DNA of 55,185 nucleotides from Candidatus Kaiserbacteria bacterium. GTDB taxonomy: Bacteria; Patescibacteriota; Minisyncoccia; Phycocordibacterales; UBA918. The position numbers and the translations under genes are program-made. Position 1 is the stretch's first letter; every line of letters starts with the position of its first letter. The stretch lies in NCBI GenBank assembly GCA_020428905.1, contig JAGQLY010000024.1, positions 1-55,185 of the forward strand, read 5' to 3'. The notes beneath the pieces were generated by a model that ran no database searches, was not told the DNA's origin, and worked only from the letters and a program-made list of their open reading frames with translations. Positions 7,345 to 17,461 of the stretch are shown here, piece by piece.

Positions 7345-9378
7345 GTGGAGTTTAAGATTACAACAGACAAGCGACCGGCAGGTGATCAACCTGCGGCAAT
7401 AGCCCGCCTGGTAGACGGTGTCGAGAGGGGTATGCGTCATCAGACGCTTCTGGGGGTGACTGGGTCAGGTAAAACCTTTACGGCGGCAAATGTAATACAG
7501 GCGGTACAAAAACCGACCTTGGTTATCGCGCACAACAAAACGCTTGCGGCACAGCTGGCGCAGGAGTATAGAGATTTTTTTCCGGAAAATGCCGTGCACT
7601 ACTTTGTGTCGTATTACGATTACTATCAGCCGGAAGCGTATATGCCGGTGTCCGATACCTATATTGAAAAAGAGGCACAAATCAACGAAGAAATAGACCG
7701 TCTCCGACATGCCTCAACCCAGGCACTTCTTACTCGCCGCGACGTCATCATCGTCGCGTCGGTGTCATGTATTTACGGATTAGGTTCTCCTGAAGAATAC
7801 GCAAAAGTGCATAAAAAAATTGAGCGTGGTTTCGCAATAACACGCGCAGAAATGCTGCGCCTTCTCGTATCACTCTACTTTGAGCGTACCACAGCAGATC
7901 TCAAGCCGGGCACCTTTCGTGCGGTGGGAAATACCGTTGAGATTATGCCCACAAACGAACGAAGCATTTACCGGCTCGATTTTTCAGGGGCGACAGTACA
8001 GCACATTACTCACATTGATCCGATTACGCGCGCAGTCGTTGCCGAGCCGGACGTATTCTTTCTCTTCCCGGCAAAACACTTCGTTACTCCCGAGGATGAA
8101 CGAAAGCGGGCGGTGCTTGATATAACAGCAGAACTCAAAGAGCAACTCGCCGTTTTCAAAAAGGAGGGAAAACTCCTTGAGGCGGAGCGTATCAAGCGTC
8201 GCACCGAACACGATCTCGCCCTCATTCGTGAGGTGGGTTACTGCAATGGTATTGAAAATTACTCACGACACTTCGATGGGCGTGTATCCGGCGAGCCGCC
8301 GTATACACTCCTTTCGTACTTTCCGCATACTGCAGACGGCTCGCCGGACTTTCTCACCATTATAGACGAATCGCACGTCACCATTCCACAGCTGCGTGGC
8401 ATGTATGCAGGCGATCGTTCGCGCAAAGACACGCTTGTGGCGCACGGTTTTCGCCTACCGAGCGCAGTTGATAATCGCCCACTTAATTTTGAAGAATTTG
8501 AGCAATCGGTCGGGCAGTGCGTGTACACGTCCGCAACACCCGGTGAATATGAACTCACACACGCTATTCCTCCTGTGGGGCAAATAGCCGAACAAATTAT
8601 CCGACCGACCGGTCTCGTAGATCCGGAAATAACCGTGTGCCCAATCGTTGAGCGAGGAAACTATCCGGGGCAGGTGCAGCATTTTATTGACGACGCTGTG
8701 GAAGTGATACGGTCTGGTGCACGAGTGCTTGTAACTACACTCACCAAACAAATGGCAGAAGACCTATCGGATTTCCTTTCGGAAAAAGGAGTGTCTGCGG
8801 AGTACATACACAGTGATATTAAAACCATCGATCGTATTCAAATTCTCACGGATTTCAGAAAAGGAACATTCGATTGTTTGGTGGGTGTCAACCTCTTGCG
8901 AGAAGGTCTCGATCTTCCGGAAGTAGAACTTGTCGCTATTATGGATGCGGACAAAGAAGGTTTTTTGCGTTCAGAGACCGCTCTCGTTCAGACAATTGGT
9001 CGTGCTGCACGTAATGTGCGCGGTCGTGTAACACTGTACGCAGATGAGATTACCCCGTCGCTCAAAAAAGCAATAAGCGAGACAGTGCGTAGACGCGAAC
9101 TGCAATTGGTGCATAACAAAAAACACGGGATCACTCCACAAACAATCGTGAAAGAGGTAAAAGATATTACTGAACAAATGCGTACCGAGCACCAAGAAGC
9201 GGTACATACACTTATGCGTATCGATGAAGCGCGCTACGCCAAAAATCCAAAGGCGGTATTGAAAGAAAAACGTACTCAAATGGAAGAAGCGGTCAAGATT
9301 CTTGATTTTGAGACAGCAGCATTGCTGCGAGATGAGATTAGTGCGCTTGAGGAGCGAGCAATAAAAAAACAAAACTAG
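7345..9378 (+). CDS. uvrB: Excinuclease ABC subunit B
   Basis: 677 aa with a GTG start. Walker A GVTGSGKT, YYDYYQPEAY, helicase motifs, and a C-terminal UVR motif (AALLRDEISALE). Confidence 0.97.
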   Translation: MEFKITTDKRPAGDQPAAIARLVDGVERGMRHQTLLGVTGSGKTFTAANVIQAVQKPTLVIAHNKTLAAQLAQEYRDFFPENAVHYFVSYYDYYQPEAYMPVSDTYIEKEAQINEEIDRLRHASTQALLTRRDVIIVASVSCIYGLGSPEEYAKVHKKIERGFAITRAEMLRLLVSLYFERTTADLKPGTFRAVGNTVEIMPTNERSIYRLDFSGATVQHITHIDPITRAVVAEPDVFFLFPAKHFVTPEDERKRAVLDITAELKEQLAVFKKEGKLLEAERIKRRTEHDLALIREVGYCNGIENYSRHFDGRVSGEPPYTLLSYFPHTADGSPDFLTIIDESHVTIPQLRGMYAGDRSRKDTLVAHGFRLPSAVDNRPLNFEEFEQSVGQCVYTSATPGEYELTHAIPPVGQIAEQIIRPTGLVDPEITVCPIVERGNYPGQVQHFIDDAVEVIRSGARVLVTTLTKQMAEDLSDFLSEKGVSAEYIHSDIKTIDRIQILTDFRKGTFDCLVGVNLLREGLDLPEVELVAIMDADKEGFLRSETALVQTIGRAARNVRGRVTLYADEITPSLKKAISETVRRRELQLVHNKKHGITPQTIVKEVKDITEQMRTEHQEAVHTLMRIDEARYAKNPKAVLKEKRTQMEEAVKILDFETAALLRDEISALEERAIKKQN

Positions 9379-9437
9379 CAAGTTATCGACAGTACATACT
9401 ACACGAACGACCATTTTTCCTTGTATACTGATAGGTA

Positions 9438-12077
9438 ATGAGTACACAGGCGGGTTCGAAGTCAAAGAAATCTTTGCGTGCTGCGTCAACAAAAAAACGC
9501 ACCTCCAAGAAGCGTGCTTCGGCGACGGTTTCTCCGGCCACAGTAAAAAAGGTGGCTGCAAAAAAGAAGGCCTCCTCAACATCGAAAGTGGTCGCACGGA
9601 CACAAACACAGAGCAGACTGCCGCTTCTCCGTGATCGCCTTCAGTTGAGCGCCGTCTCTGCCTACCGGTTTCCCATAAGCAACGATCATGTGGCAGCTGG
9701 TGTTGCGCGGTATGCAGGAATATTCTTTGTTGTCGCGGGAACACTGTTGGCGCTTTGGAATATCGCTCTTTCGGGAGTTGGTCCACTTACATTTCATTCA
9801 TCTTTGCAGGATCTCGCTGCATCAAGTTGTTCATCACCATCAGAATGTCAAAAATCATATGGCACTAGTGGTGCGGTGAGCGACCAACCTGTAGCCACCA
9901 TCGATACTGTCATTACGGACCAGGGTGATACCACGAAAGTCGAAATACTTACGACGGTGGAAGGTGCGCAGTCGATAGAGACACTTCTGTATGATGTTAG
10001 AGGAAAAAGCTATCTGAAGCTCGGTGATCCGACCAAGAGCGGCTCAACCTGGAAAGCAGTCTGGACTGCACACAATGGTACCGACGCTGGTTCGTACCGG
10101 ATTCAGGCACTCATAACAAACGATCACGGCACCTATCTCTCGGGGGAGGCAGACTTCAGTATTGTTGTAGCTGAGGAAGGTAGTCAAACTGCCACAACAC
10201 AGACAGCAACCCCAAGTTCGACTCAGGGAAGTGTAACACCAGAGGCGACTATTGCGGTAAGTGCTGGGGGGAACCTCAACGGCATTGTTGGCGTTACTGC
10301 GACGGTACCGGACGCTGTATTAGTTGAGTTTTATATACAACAAACAAAGAGCAATAGCCCACGATTTATTGGTACGGGAAGTCGCTCGAACAAATCGCCC
10401 GACACCTGGTCACTGCGGTGGAATACGGAAGATACACCAAATGGCTCGTACAATCTCTTTGTCGGTATTGCCAATGACTACGGTAGTTACACCAGCGGAA
10501 CCACAGATGTATTTGTGTCTAATACTGTGTACTCAGCTTCGTACGGGGTCCCTATCGACGGCTACGAGAACACCTACAATCGACCTTCTGGAAAACGGTG
10601 TGGTTCTAGTTCATACCGCGTTGAAAAAGCAGGTCTTTGTCAGTACCTCTGCATAAATACCAACGACCCTAACGATACGTTCATTTTGGAAGGTTTGCCC
10701 GAGTTCTTCTTTAAAGATATCCACGTTGAACAGCCGGATGGTTCGTATCAGTATTGTCCGTACCCCAATGGCGGTGTGAGTCACTGTACACACTATCCAG
10801 ATGATCGAGACCGCTGTGTGCTCGCGTCTGCATCCACTGTTGCGCTATCGTACGATCCGGTTGTTACCAGTGTTGTTGGATCGAGTGGTATCTACAACAC
10901 ACTTACTCCGACAAAAACCACAACAACAAACGATCCGGTTGTGACATCACAAACCACGACTGACAGTACGGATAATACGATCGATGACCGCCCTGCACCA
11001 GTAGTAGTAATTCAGCCAGACACTGTTGCGACTATCGTAGAAGAAACCAACGTTGCGCCGGAGCAAGAAGAGTCGTTGACTCAGATGCTTACCAATTACA
11101 ATACCGAACTCGACCCACTTCTTGAGCGATATGCAACAGTCTACCGTGAATCAAAGGGTTCTAGCGGTGGGGGTGGTCACTCGTCAAATCCAACAGCAGA
11201 GACAGAGCTTAAATCTATAAAAGACCAAATTACAGCACTCCAAGCGAAAGTGACGTCACTTGCTTCAGAAGTTGCCGATGAGACATTTGTAACTCAAGTA
11301 ATGGCGTCTACAAAAAAGATAGCTGAAATACGCGAATCAAATACTATTAGAAACGAAGACCTTATTCGTGCTCGAGCCGGTGATGAAATCTTCCGCGATT
11401 CTGACAACGACGGCATCTCAAACTACGACGAGGTAGCACTCTATGGTACCGATCCGTATTCTGCAGACTCTGACAACGACGGGTATATAGACGGCGTTGA
11501 AGTGCTCGGCGGCTTTAGTCCAACACATGTTGAGACGGACACTCTCGTAAAGTACGAATCGCCCAAAAATACTGGACTTGAGCGTTCTGACATCCTTGCA
11601 GTCAGTCAGCTTACACCACTGACTATTCGACGCTTTGAGTCGCCAGACGGCTCACAGAGCACCCCGGTCGTCTTTAGTGGGGAAGCATTACCAAACAGTT
11701 TTGTGACGGTTTACCTTTTCAGTACCCCGATCGTAGTTACAGTAAAAACGAATGACGACGGCAGCTGGAGCTATCTCTTCGAAAAAGACCTCGAGGACGG
11801 TGAACATGAAGTTTATGTGGGTATTACTGATAATGCTGGTCGTATTGTTGCAAAAAGTAGTCCATTTCGCTTTATCAAGACCGCAGAAGCGTTTACGCCT
11901 ATTACTGCAGCATCAACCGGTTCGGCACAAGTGGGTGTAGCCGACGCAACACCGAACCTTCTCAGTGGTAATAGTCTCTTGGTGATACTTTCAGTGATCG
12001 TGGTCCTTTTCGGACTCCTCCTACTCCTTTTTGGGATGCATTTGCAACCGAAGGCACACGCACCGAAATTTACCTAG
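9438..12077 (+). CDS. Large cell-surface protein: Lys-rich N-tail, TM, Ig-like repeats, six-Cys module, Thr-rich linker, coiled coil, TSP3-type Ca-binding repeats, C-terminal TM
   Basis: 879 aa. The N-terminal ~60 aa are K/S/T/A-rich. TM: IFFVVAGTLLALWNIAL. Three repeats share W..W..G.Y...(T/A)ND.G.Y.SG..D. DSDNDG occurs twice (DSDNDGISNYDE, DSDNDGYIDGVE). The C-terminal TM is LLVILSVIVVLFGLLLLLFGM. Confidence 0.85.
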   Translation: MSTQAGSKSKKSLRAASTKKRTSKKRASATVSPATVKKVAAKKKASSTSKVVARTQTQSRLPLLRDRLQLSAVSAYRFPISNDHVAAGVARYAGIFFVVAGTLLALWNIALSGVGPLTFHSSLQDLAASSCSSPSECQKSYGTSGAVSDQPVATIDTVITDQGDTTKVEILTTVEGAQSIETLLYDVRGKSYLKLGDPTKSGSTWKAVWTAHNGTDAGSYRIQALITNDHGTYLSGEADFSIVVAEEGSQTATTQTATPSSTQGSVTPEATIAVSAGGNLNGIVGVTATVPDAVLVEFYIQQTKSNSPRFIGTGSRSNKSPDTWSLRWNTEDTPNGSYNLFVGIANDYGSYTSGTTDVFVSNTVYSASYGVPIDGYENTYNRPSGKRCGSSSYRVEKAGLCQYLCINTNDPNDTFILEGLPEFFFKDIHVEQPDGSYQYCPYPNGGVSHCTHYPDDRDRCVLASASTVALSYDPVVTSVVGSSGIYNTLTPTKTTTTNDPVVTSQTTTDSTDNTIDDRPAPVVVIQPDTVATIVEETNVAPEQEESLTQMLTNYNTELDPLLERYATVYRESKGSSGGGGHSSNPTAETELKSIKDQITALQAKVTSLASEVADETFVTQVMASTKKIAEIRESNTIRNEDLIRARAGDEIFRDSDNDGISNYDEVALYGTDPYSADSDNDGYIDGVEVLGGFSPTHVETDTLVKYESPKNTGLERSDILAVSQLTPLTIRRFESPDGSQSTPVVFSGEALPNSFVTVYLFSTPIVVTVKTNDDGSWSYLFEKDLEDGEHEVYVGITDNAGRIVAKSSPFRFIKTAEAFTPITAASTGSAQVGVADATPNLLSGNSLLVILSVIVVLFGLLLLLFGMHLQPKAHAPKFT

Positions 12078-12084
12078 AACGCCT

Positions 12085-13428
12085 ATGCTAGTATTCTTTT
12101 CTATACTCAAACGAGGCGTCACCTACGTTACTGACCACCCGCAGCTCATCGCGACCGTCTTACTGCTTTTGGTGGTTCCTTTTGCTTTTTTGTTTAGTGG
12201 AGAACAGTTTCTTACTGTTGCACGCGACAACCAAGAAAAGCTCGAAAAAGATCGTGTTGGTTTAATGCACGACACATTTGCGTCGCTGCTTATTGTCGCT
12301 GATTTTAAGCCGGCGGTGGCAGAGTATGAGATGCGTAAGATTGCAGAACTCAACCCTGATCTTACCAAGTTTCAGGTTGCTAAAGAAGAAGATGGAGAAC
12401 TTGTCGTTATTGCTTCCTTGATTGATGATGAGCGAGGCGAGCCGGTTGCCAATGTAGACCGCTTTCGTTTGGCGCGTATTAGTCGAACGGAATCTATTAT
12501 TACTCCGACGGTGGCAGATGGTGTGCGCTATTGGGAAAGTTATCGCTTGGTTGTTGCTGCCGACGGTACCGAATACTACATTTTTACTGAGACATCTCTT
12601 GCGGGAGTAGATGCACTTTTTGCATCCCGTATCGTGACCGCCTATTTGTGGCTCTTGTTCGTAATGCTTATTGTGTTGTTGTTGGTCATTCGGCATGTAC
12701 GGCTTATTGACTATCAACACCTCTATAAAAAAGCGCAACGCACCAGTGAGGCAAAAGACCTTTTCACTAACATGGTTGCTCACGAGCTTCGCACACCACT
12801 GACCGCAATACGCGGCTACGCAAGTATGATCGAAGAAAATGAGACTCTCGATCAAGAGGTGCGTGAGCAAAGCAGACGTATCGAAGAATCTGCGGAGCGC
12901 CTTGTTGCTATTGTAAATGACCTGCTTGATATTGCGCGTATTCAAAGAGGGCGTTTGGCAATCAACAAAGCAGAGTTTGATGCGAGTAAAGTAATCGACT
13001 CGGTTCTCGGTACGCTGAGTGTTCGAGCGGCAGCAAAACAAATCAAACTCACTTCTGAAGGAACAGAAGATCCTATTATGCTCGTTAATGACGAACATCG
13101 TTTGCATCAGGTACTTACTAATATGGTGGGAAATGCGATTAAATATACACAACAAGGAACCATCACTGTTGCTGTTGAAGATCTTAAGGATCGCATTGAG
13201 TTACGAGTAAAAGACACGGGTCTCGGTATTGCGGCACAAGATCAAAAAAAACTTTTTGCACCATTTTTTCGTGTAAAAACGGAAGAGACACTCTCTGTTA
13301 CCGGTACTGGTCTTGGTATGTGGATCACCAAGCAGCTTATTGATCTTATGGGTGGGTCTATTGGAGTTGAGTCCATTCGAGGTGTTGGAACACACGTCGT
13401 GGTGACGTTCCCCAAAAAGCCAAAATAA
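12085..13428 (+). CDS. Sensor histidine kinase (HisKA + HATPase_c), two TM segments, no cognate response regulator nearby
   Basis: H-box HELRTPLTAIRGY, N-box NAIKYT, G-boxes DTGLGI and GTGLGM. The start is moved to ATG 12085, 8 nt after the upstream stop; the track start at 12031 overlaps the upstream gene. Confidence 0.9.
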   Translation: MLVFFSILKRGVTYVTDHPQLIATVLLLLVVPFAFLFSGEQFLTVARDNQEKLEKDRVGLMHDTFASLLIVADFKPAVAEYEMRKIAELNPDLTKFQVAKEEDGELVVIASLIDDERGEPVANVDRFRLARISRTESIITPTVADGVRYWESYRLVVAADGTEYYIFTETSLAGVDALFASRIVTAYLWLLFVMLIVLLLVIRHVRLIDYQHLYKKAQRTSEAKDLFTNMVAHELRTPLTAIRGYASMIEENETLDQEVREQSRRIEESAERLVAIVNDLLDIARIQRGRLAINKAEFDASKVIDSVLGTLSVRAAAKQIKLTSEGTEDPIMLVNDEHRLHQVLTNMVGNAIKYTQQGTITVAVEDLKDRIELRVKDTGLGIAAQDQKKLFAPFFRVKTEETLSVTGTGLGMWITKQLIDLMGGSIGVESIRGVGTHVVVTFPKKPK

Positions 13429-13539
13429 CACTCCATTGAATATATCCCCGTATGTTTAGCAGTATGTTGTACAGTACCCACTTTTCCTACGCTGCATACA
13501 AATGTGTAATTCGTGCTAAAGTGTTGGTGTATTTGATAT

Positions 13540-16182
13540 ATGGCAGCGAAAAAAGATACCCCAAAAAAGAAGAAATCCGAAGCATCTGAAGAGATTGTGG
13601 TTCGTGGTGCCCGCACCCACAATCTCAAGAACATAGATGTGACCTTCCCACGCAACACCATGATCGCGTTTACTGGTCTTTCGGGAAGCGGCAAGTCCTC
13701 ACTTGCATTCGATACTATTTTCGCCGAAGGTCAGCGCCGGTATGTTGAATCACTCTCTGCGTACGCACGACAATTTTTGCGCCAAATGCAAAAGCCGGAT
13801 GTTGATGAAATTTCTGGTCTTTCGCCGGCCATTTCGATAGACCAAAAGTCGGCTTCACGTAATCCGCGCTCAACGGTCGCAACCATTACTGAGATTTATG
13901 ACTACCTGCGTATTTTGTATGCGCGCGTTGGACAGCCATACTGTCTGGGTGTTGATACTCCTATCCAAAAACTTTCTCAGGACGAAATTCTTTCCATAAT
14001 ACTTAAGTCCATCGAAAGTACAGAAATTAAAAAAGCATCCAAAGGCACACACGTTATGGGTGTTGAGGTAAGTGATGCGCGTGTGGCTGTTTTTGCACCG
14101 GTGGTGGTGGGACGAAAGGGTGAGTACTACCAACTCTTGTATGATCTTTTAAGTAAAGGGTACGAGGCGGTCAAAATAGATGGGGAAGTTAAGCGGCTCC
14201 GTGAAAAGATTGTGCTTACCAAGACGAAGCGTCACGATATCGATGTATTAGTTGATGAAATATACATCAGTGAGTTTACCAGTGATCCGAAAGGCTCCCG
14301 CGAACGGCTCTCTGAAGCAGTGGAGCTCGCACTCAAGGAATCCGGTGGCATGGTTAAAATAGAAAGTCCTGACGGCACCGAACGTACCCTTTCAGCGAAG
14401 TTCATTTGTCCGGTTGACGGTTCTTCATTTCCCGAAGTAGAACCGCGCCTCTTTTCATTCAACTCACCATACGGTGCATGTCCGGAATGTAATGGCTTAG
14501 GAACCGTAGGGTTGTTTAATACTGACGAATGTCCGACTTGTCGTGGTGCACGGCTTCGTCCTGAAGCACTACGCGTGTATCTCAACGGTACCGGCTCAAG
14601 GGGGCTTGGAAAAAATATTGTAGACTTTACGAGCATGACCATCGACGACGCAGCAGAATTTATTTCGTCACTTAAGCTCTCAAAAAAACAGCACGACATC
14701 GCGTGGCCGGCGCTTCGTGAAATCATTGAACGACTCCAGTTCATGATTAATGTTGGTATTGGATACCTCACGCTCGATCGTCGTGCTAACACCCTCTCAG
14801 GAGGAGAGGCACAGCGTATTCGACTTGCATCACAACTCGGCTCTGGTCTGGTGGGGGCCATGTATGTTCTTGACGAGCCAACGATTGGACTACATCAACG
14901 TGATAACGATCGCCTTATTAAGACACTGACTGATCTTCGTGATCTAGGAAACACCATTATTGTAGTTGAGCATGACGAAGACACGATTTTTGCCGCGGAT
15001 TACATTGTTGATATCGGCCCTGGTGCCGGAGTCCATGGTGGAAATGTTGTGGTGTCAGGATATCTCGATGGTTTACTCACCGCCAAAACAAATCCATCGA
15101 AATCACTCACACTTAGTTACCTTCGTGGCGAAAAGCAAATAGAAATACCAAAGAAGCGTCGTAGTGGGGAAAAGGGGAGTATCAAGATACGTGGCGGCAA
15201 AGCATTCAACATCAAAAATCTCTCTGTCGATATTCCACTCGGGCGCCTCATCACCGTGACGGGCGTATCGGGTAGTGGGAAATCAACTTTCATGTACGAA
15301 ATTTTGTATCGTAATCTCCGCGCACGACTCGATAGGAAATATCGCACCGCAAAGACCTATAACATTGCAAGTATCACCGGTACGGAATACTTGGGGCGGA
15401 CGGTACTCATTGACCAGTCGCCTATTGGCCGCACACCACGGAGTAATCCTGCGACGTATACCGGTGCATTTACGCATATCCGTGATATGTTTGCAGCTAC
15501 CAGTGAAGCGCGAGCGCGTGGGTGGGGTGCGGGGAGGTTTTCATTCAACGTGAAGGGTGGTCGTTGCGAAGCGTGCCAGGGTAATGGAGAGGTAGCGGTT
15601 GAGATGCACTTCTTGCCCACGGTGTACGTAGAGTGTGACGTGTGTGACGGTAAGCGCTTCACTAAAGAAACGCTCGAGGTCACCTATAAAAAGAAAAGTA
15701 TTTATGAGGTGCTTCACATGACGGTTGAGGAGGCAGCGGATTTCTTTAATGATGTTCCGGCTATTTACGATCGACTTAAATCACTGCTTGATGTAGGGCT
15801 TGGATATCTTGAGTTGGGTCAAAGCGCAACAACACTCTCGGGAGGCGAAGCGCAGCGGGTGAAGATTGCTTCAGAGCTGTATCGACCGCACACCCAGAAG
15901 ACCGTTTATTTGCTCGATGAACCAACGATTGGTCTTCACTACGAAGACGTGCAAAAACTCATTGAGATTTTGCAGCAGCTCGTTGATCGTGGAAATACCG
16001 TTATGGTCATTGAACACAATCTAGACCTCATCAAATGCGCAGACTATATTATTGATATTGGACCAGAAGGCGGTGCGCAGGGTGGTCATATTGTTGCTAA
16101 AGGAACTCCAGAAGCGGTTGCTGAAAATGAACAGTCATTCACCGGACACTACCTCAGAAAGATGCTTAAAAAGAAGCGGTAA
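13540..16182 (+). CDS. uvrA: Excinuclease ABC subunit A
   Basis: 880 aa. Two ABC modules (GLSGSGKSS, GVSGSGKST), LSGGEAQR twice, and CxxC zinc modules. Confidence 0.97.
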   Translation: MAAKKDTPKKKKSEASEEIVVRGARTHNLKNIDVTFPRNTMIAFTGLSGSGKSSLAFDTIFAEGQRRYVESLSAYARQFLRQMQKPDVDEISGLSPAISIDQKSASRNPRSTVATITEIYDYLRILYARVGQPYCLGVDTPIQKLSQDEILSIILKSIESTEIKKASKGTHVMGVEVSDARVAVFAPVVVGRKGEYYQLLYDLLSKGYEAVKIDGEVKRLREKIVLTKTKRHDIDVLVDEIYISEFTSDPKGSRERLSEAVELALKESGGMVKIESPDGTERTLSAKFICPVDGSSFPEVEPRLFSFNSPYGACPECNGLGTVGLFNTDECPTCRGARLRPEALRVYLNGTGSRGLGKNIVDFTSMTIDDAAEFISSLKLSKKQHDIAWPALREIIERLQFMINVGIGYLTLDRRANTLSGGEAQRIRLASQLGSGLVGAMYVLDEPTIGLHQRDNDRLIKTLTDLRDLGNTIIVVEHDEDTIFAADYIVDIGPGAGVHGGNVVVSGYLDGLLTAKTNPSKSLTLSYLRGEKQIEIPKKRRSGEKGSIKIRGGKAFNIKNLSVDIPLGRLITVTGVSGSGKSTFMYEILYRNLRARLDRKYRTAKTYNIASITGTEYLGRTVLIDQSPIGRTPRSNPATYTGAFTHIRDMFAATSEARARGWGAGRFSFNVKGGRCEACQGNGEVAVEMHFLPTVYVECDVCDGKRFTKETLEVTYKKKSIYEVLHMTVEEAADFFNDVPAIYDRLKSLLDVGLGYLELGQSATTLSGGEAQRVKIASELYRPHTQKTVYLLDEPTIGLHYEDVQKLIEILQQLVDRGNTVMVIEHNLDLIKCADYIIDIGPEGGAQGGHIVAKGTPEAVAENEQSFTGHYLRKMLKKKR

Positions 16183-16184
16183 CT

Positions 16185-17411
16185 ATGCTCATAGCGAAGC
16201 TGAACAAACAAAAGATACCTGACGCACCGGGGGTGTACTTTTTCTTGGGGTCTAAAAAAGAAATCCTCTACATCGGAAGAGCAACCTCACTTCGCAATCG
16301 AGTAACAAGCTACTTTGATGCGAGTATTCGAGACAAACGCAGTCCACTTATTGAAAAGATGGTGGTGGAGGCAATGTCGATTGAATGGACAAAAACCGAT
16401 TCGGTACTCGAGGCGATGATTCTCGAAACCAACCTAATCCGTACACACAAACCACGCTTTAACACTGTTGCTAAAGACGATAAAAGCTACAACCACCTCG
16501 TTATTACCAAAGAAGATTTTCCGCGTGTGCTTACCGTGCGTGCCAAAGACTTGACTGAAAAGTTTACCAAAGGAGAGTTGATGCATGCGTTTGGACCGTT
16601 TCCGAGTGGCGGCCTTCTTAAGGAGGCGCTTACGATTGTACGCAAGCTTTTTCGTTTTTATGACACACCGCAGCCAGTCGGTGCCATGCGAACCAAGTTT
16701 GCTCGTGGGAGTATTGATTTTAACCGTCAGATTGGTCTTTACCCAAACACTACATCGCAAAAAGAGTATGCACGAACCATCAGACACATTCGTTTGTTGT
16801 TTGAAGGGAAGAAAGGAACAATCATTACCGAGCTCGAGAAAGAAATGCACACCTGTGCTAAGAAGCAGCTCTTTGAAAAGGCACATGTGCTCAAGCGGCG
16901 GATTCAGGCACTGGCTCACATTCAAGATATTGCGCTCGTGAAGCGAGATGTTCGCAGATATAGAGATGGCAAACATATGCGCATAGAAGCGTACGACGTG
17001 GCACATCATGGTGGAACAGACATGGTAGGCGTTATGACGGTAGTAGAGGCGGGCAAAATTGCCAAAGACGAGTACCGTCGATTCAAAATCACCTCTGTCA
17101 CGAAAAGTAATGACACCGCAGCACTTGGAGAAATATTGGAACGACGGCTTGCACACCACGAGTGGCCATTACCGCAGCTTATTGTGGTTGATGGTGGGGT
17201 AGCGCAAAAGCGTGCAGCAGAGCGTGTGCTTACTCGAGTATCGCTCACGGTGCCGGTGGTGGGTGTAGTCAAAGATGAGCGGCATAGGCCAAAGAAAATA
17301 ATCGGGGTTCACAAAATTATGACCGATTTTCATGACCTCATCCTCCTTGCTAATGCAGAGGCACATCGGTTTGCGATTACATATCACCGAAACAAACGAT
17401 CTGTCCGCTAG
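16185..17411 (+). CDS. uvrC: Excinuclease ABC subunit C, short form lacking the C-terminal (HhH)2 domain
   Basis: 408 aa. GIY-YIG (GVYFFLG..ILYIGRA..LRNRV), a UVR helix (~aa 205-240), and an RNase H-like endonuclease domain (IEAYDVAHHGG.., VVDGG..Q). The ORF ends right after ..RFAITYHRNKR. Confidence 0.92.
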   Translation: MLIAKLNKQKIPDAPGVYFFLGSKKEILYIGRATSLRNRVTSYFDASIRDKRSPLIEKMVVEAMSIEWTKTDSVLEAMILETNLIRTHKPRFNTVAKDDKSYNHLVITKEDFPRVLTVRAKDLTEKFTKGELMHAFGPFPSGGLLKEALTIVRKLFRFYDTPQPVGAMRTKFARGSIDFNRQIGLYPNTTSQKEYARTIRHIRLLFEGKKGTIITELEKEMHTCAKKQLFEKAHVLKRRIQALAHIQDIALVKRDVRRYRDGKHMRIEAYDVAHHGGTDMVGVMTVVEAGKIAKDEYRRFKITSVTKSNDTAALGEILERRLAHHEWPLPQLIVVDGGVAQKRAAERVLTRVSLTVPVVGVVKDERHRPKKIIGVHKIMTDFHDLILLANAEAHRFAITYHRNKRSVR

Positions 17412-17461
17412 TCGTGCCTGTAACCACAAGCTGGTAGATGTGGTTATGATAAAATACAGTT

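Noticed and set aside
12262-13155. Very long antisense ORFs. These are 297 aa at 12262..13155, and also 8971..9786, 14232..14861, 16434..17159, 20645..21235, 33349..34050, 47479..47985 and 49546..50160.
   Set aside because: Each lies entirely opposite a confidently identified conserved gene (histidine kinase, uvrB/surface protein, uvrA, uvrC, atpE/F, HARE-HTH gene, rpsK, rplQ/rplM). Their compositions are low-complexity or Cys/Arg/Ser-rich with no recognisable motifs, which is typical of shadow ORFs.
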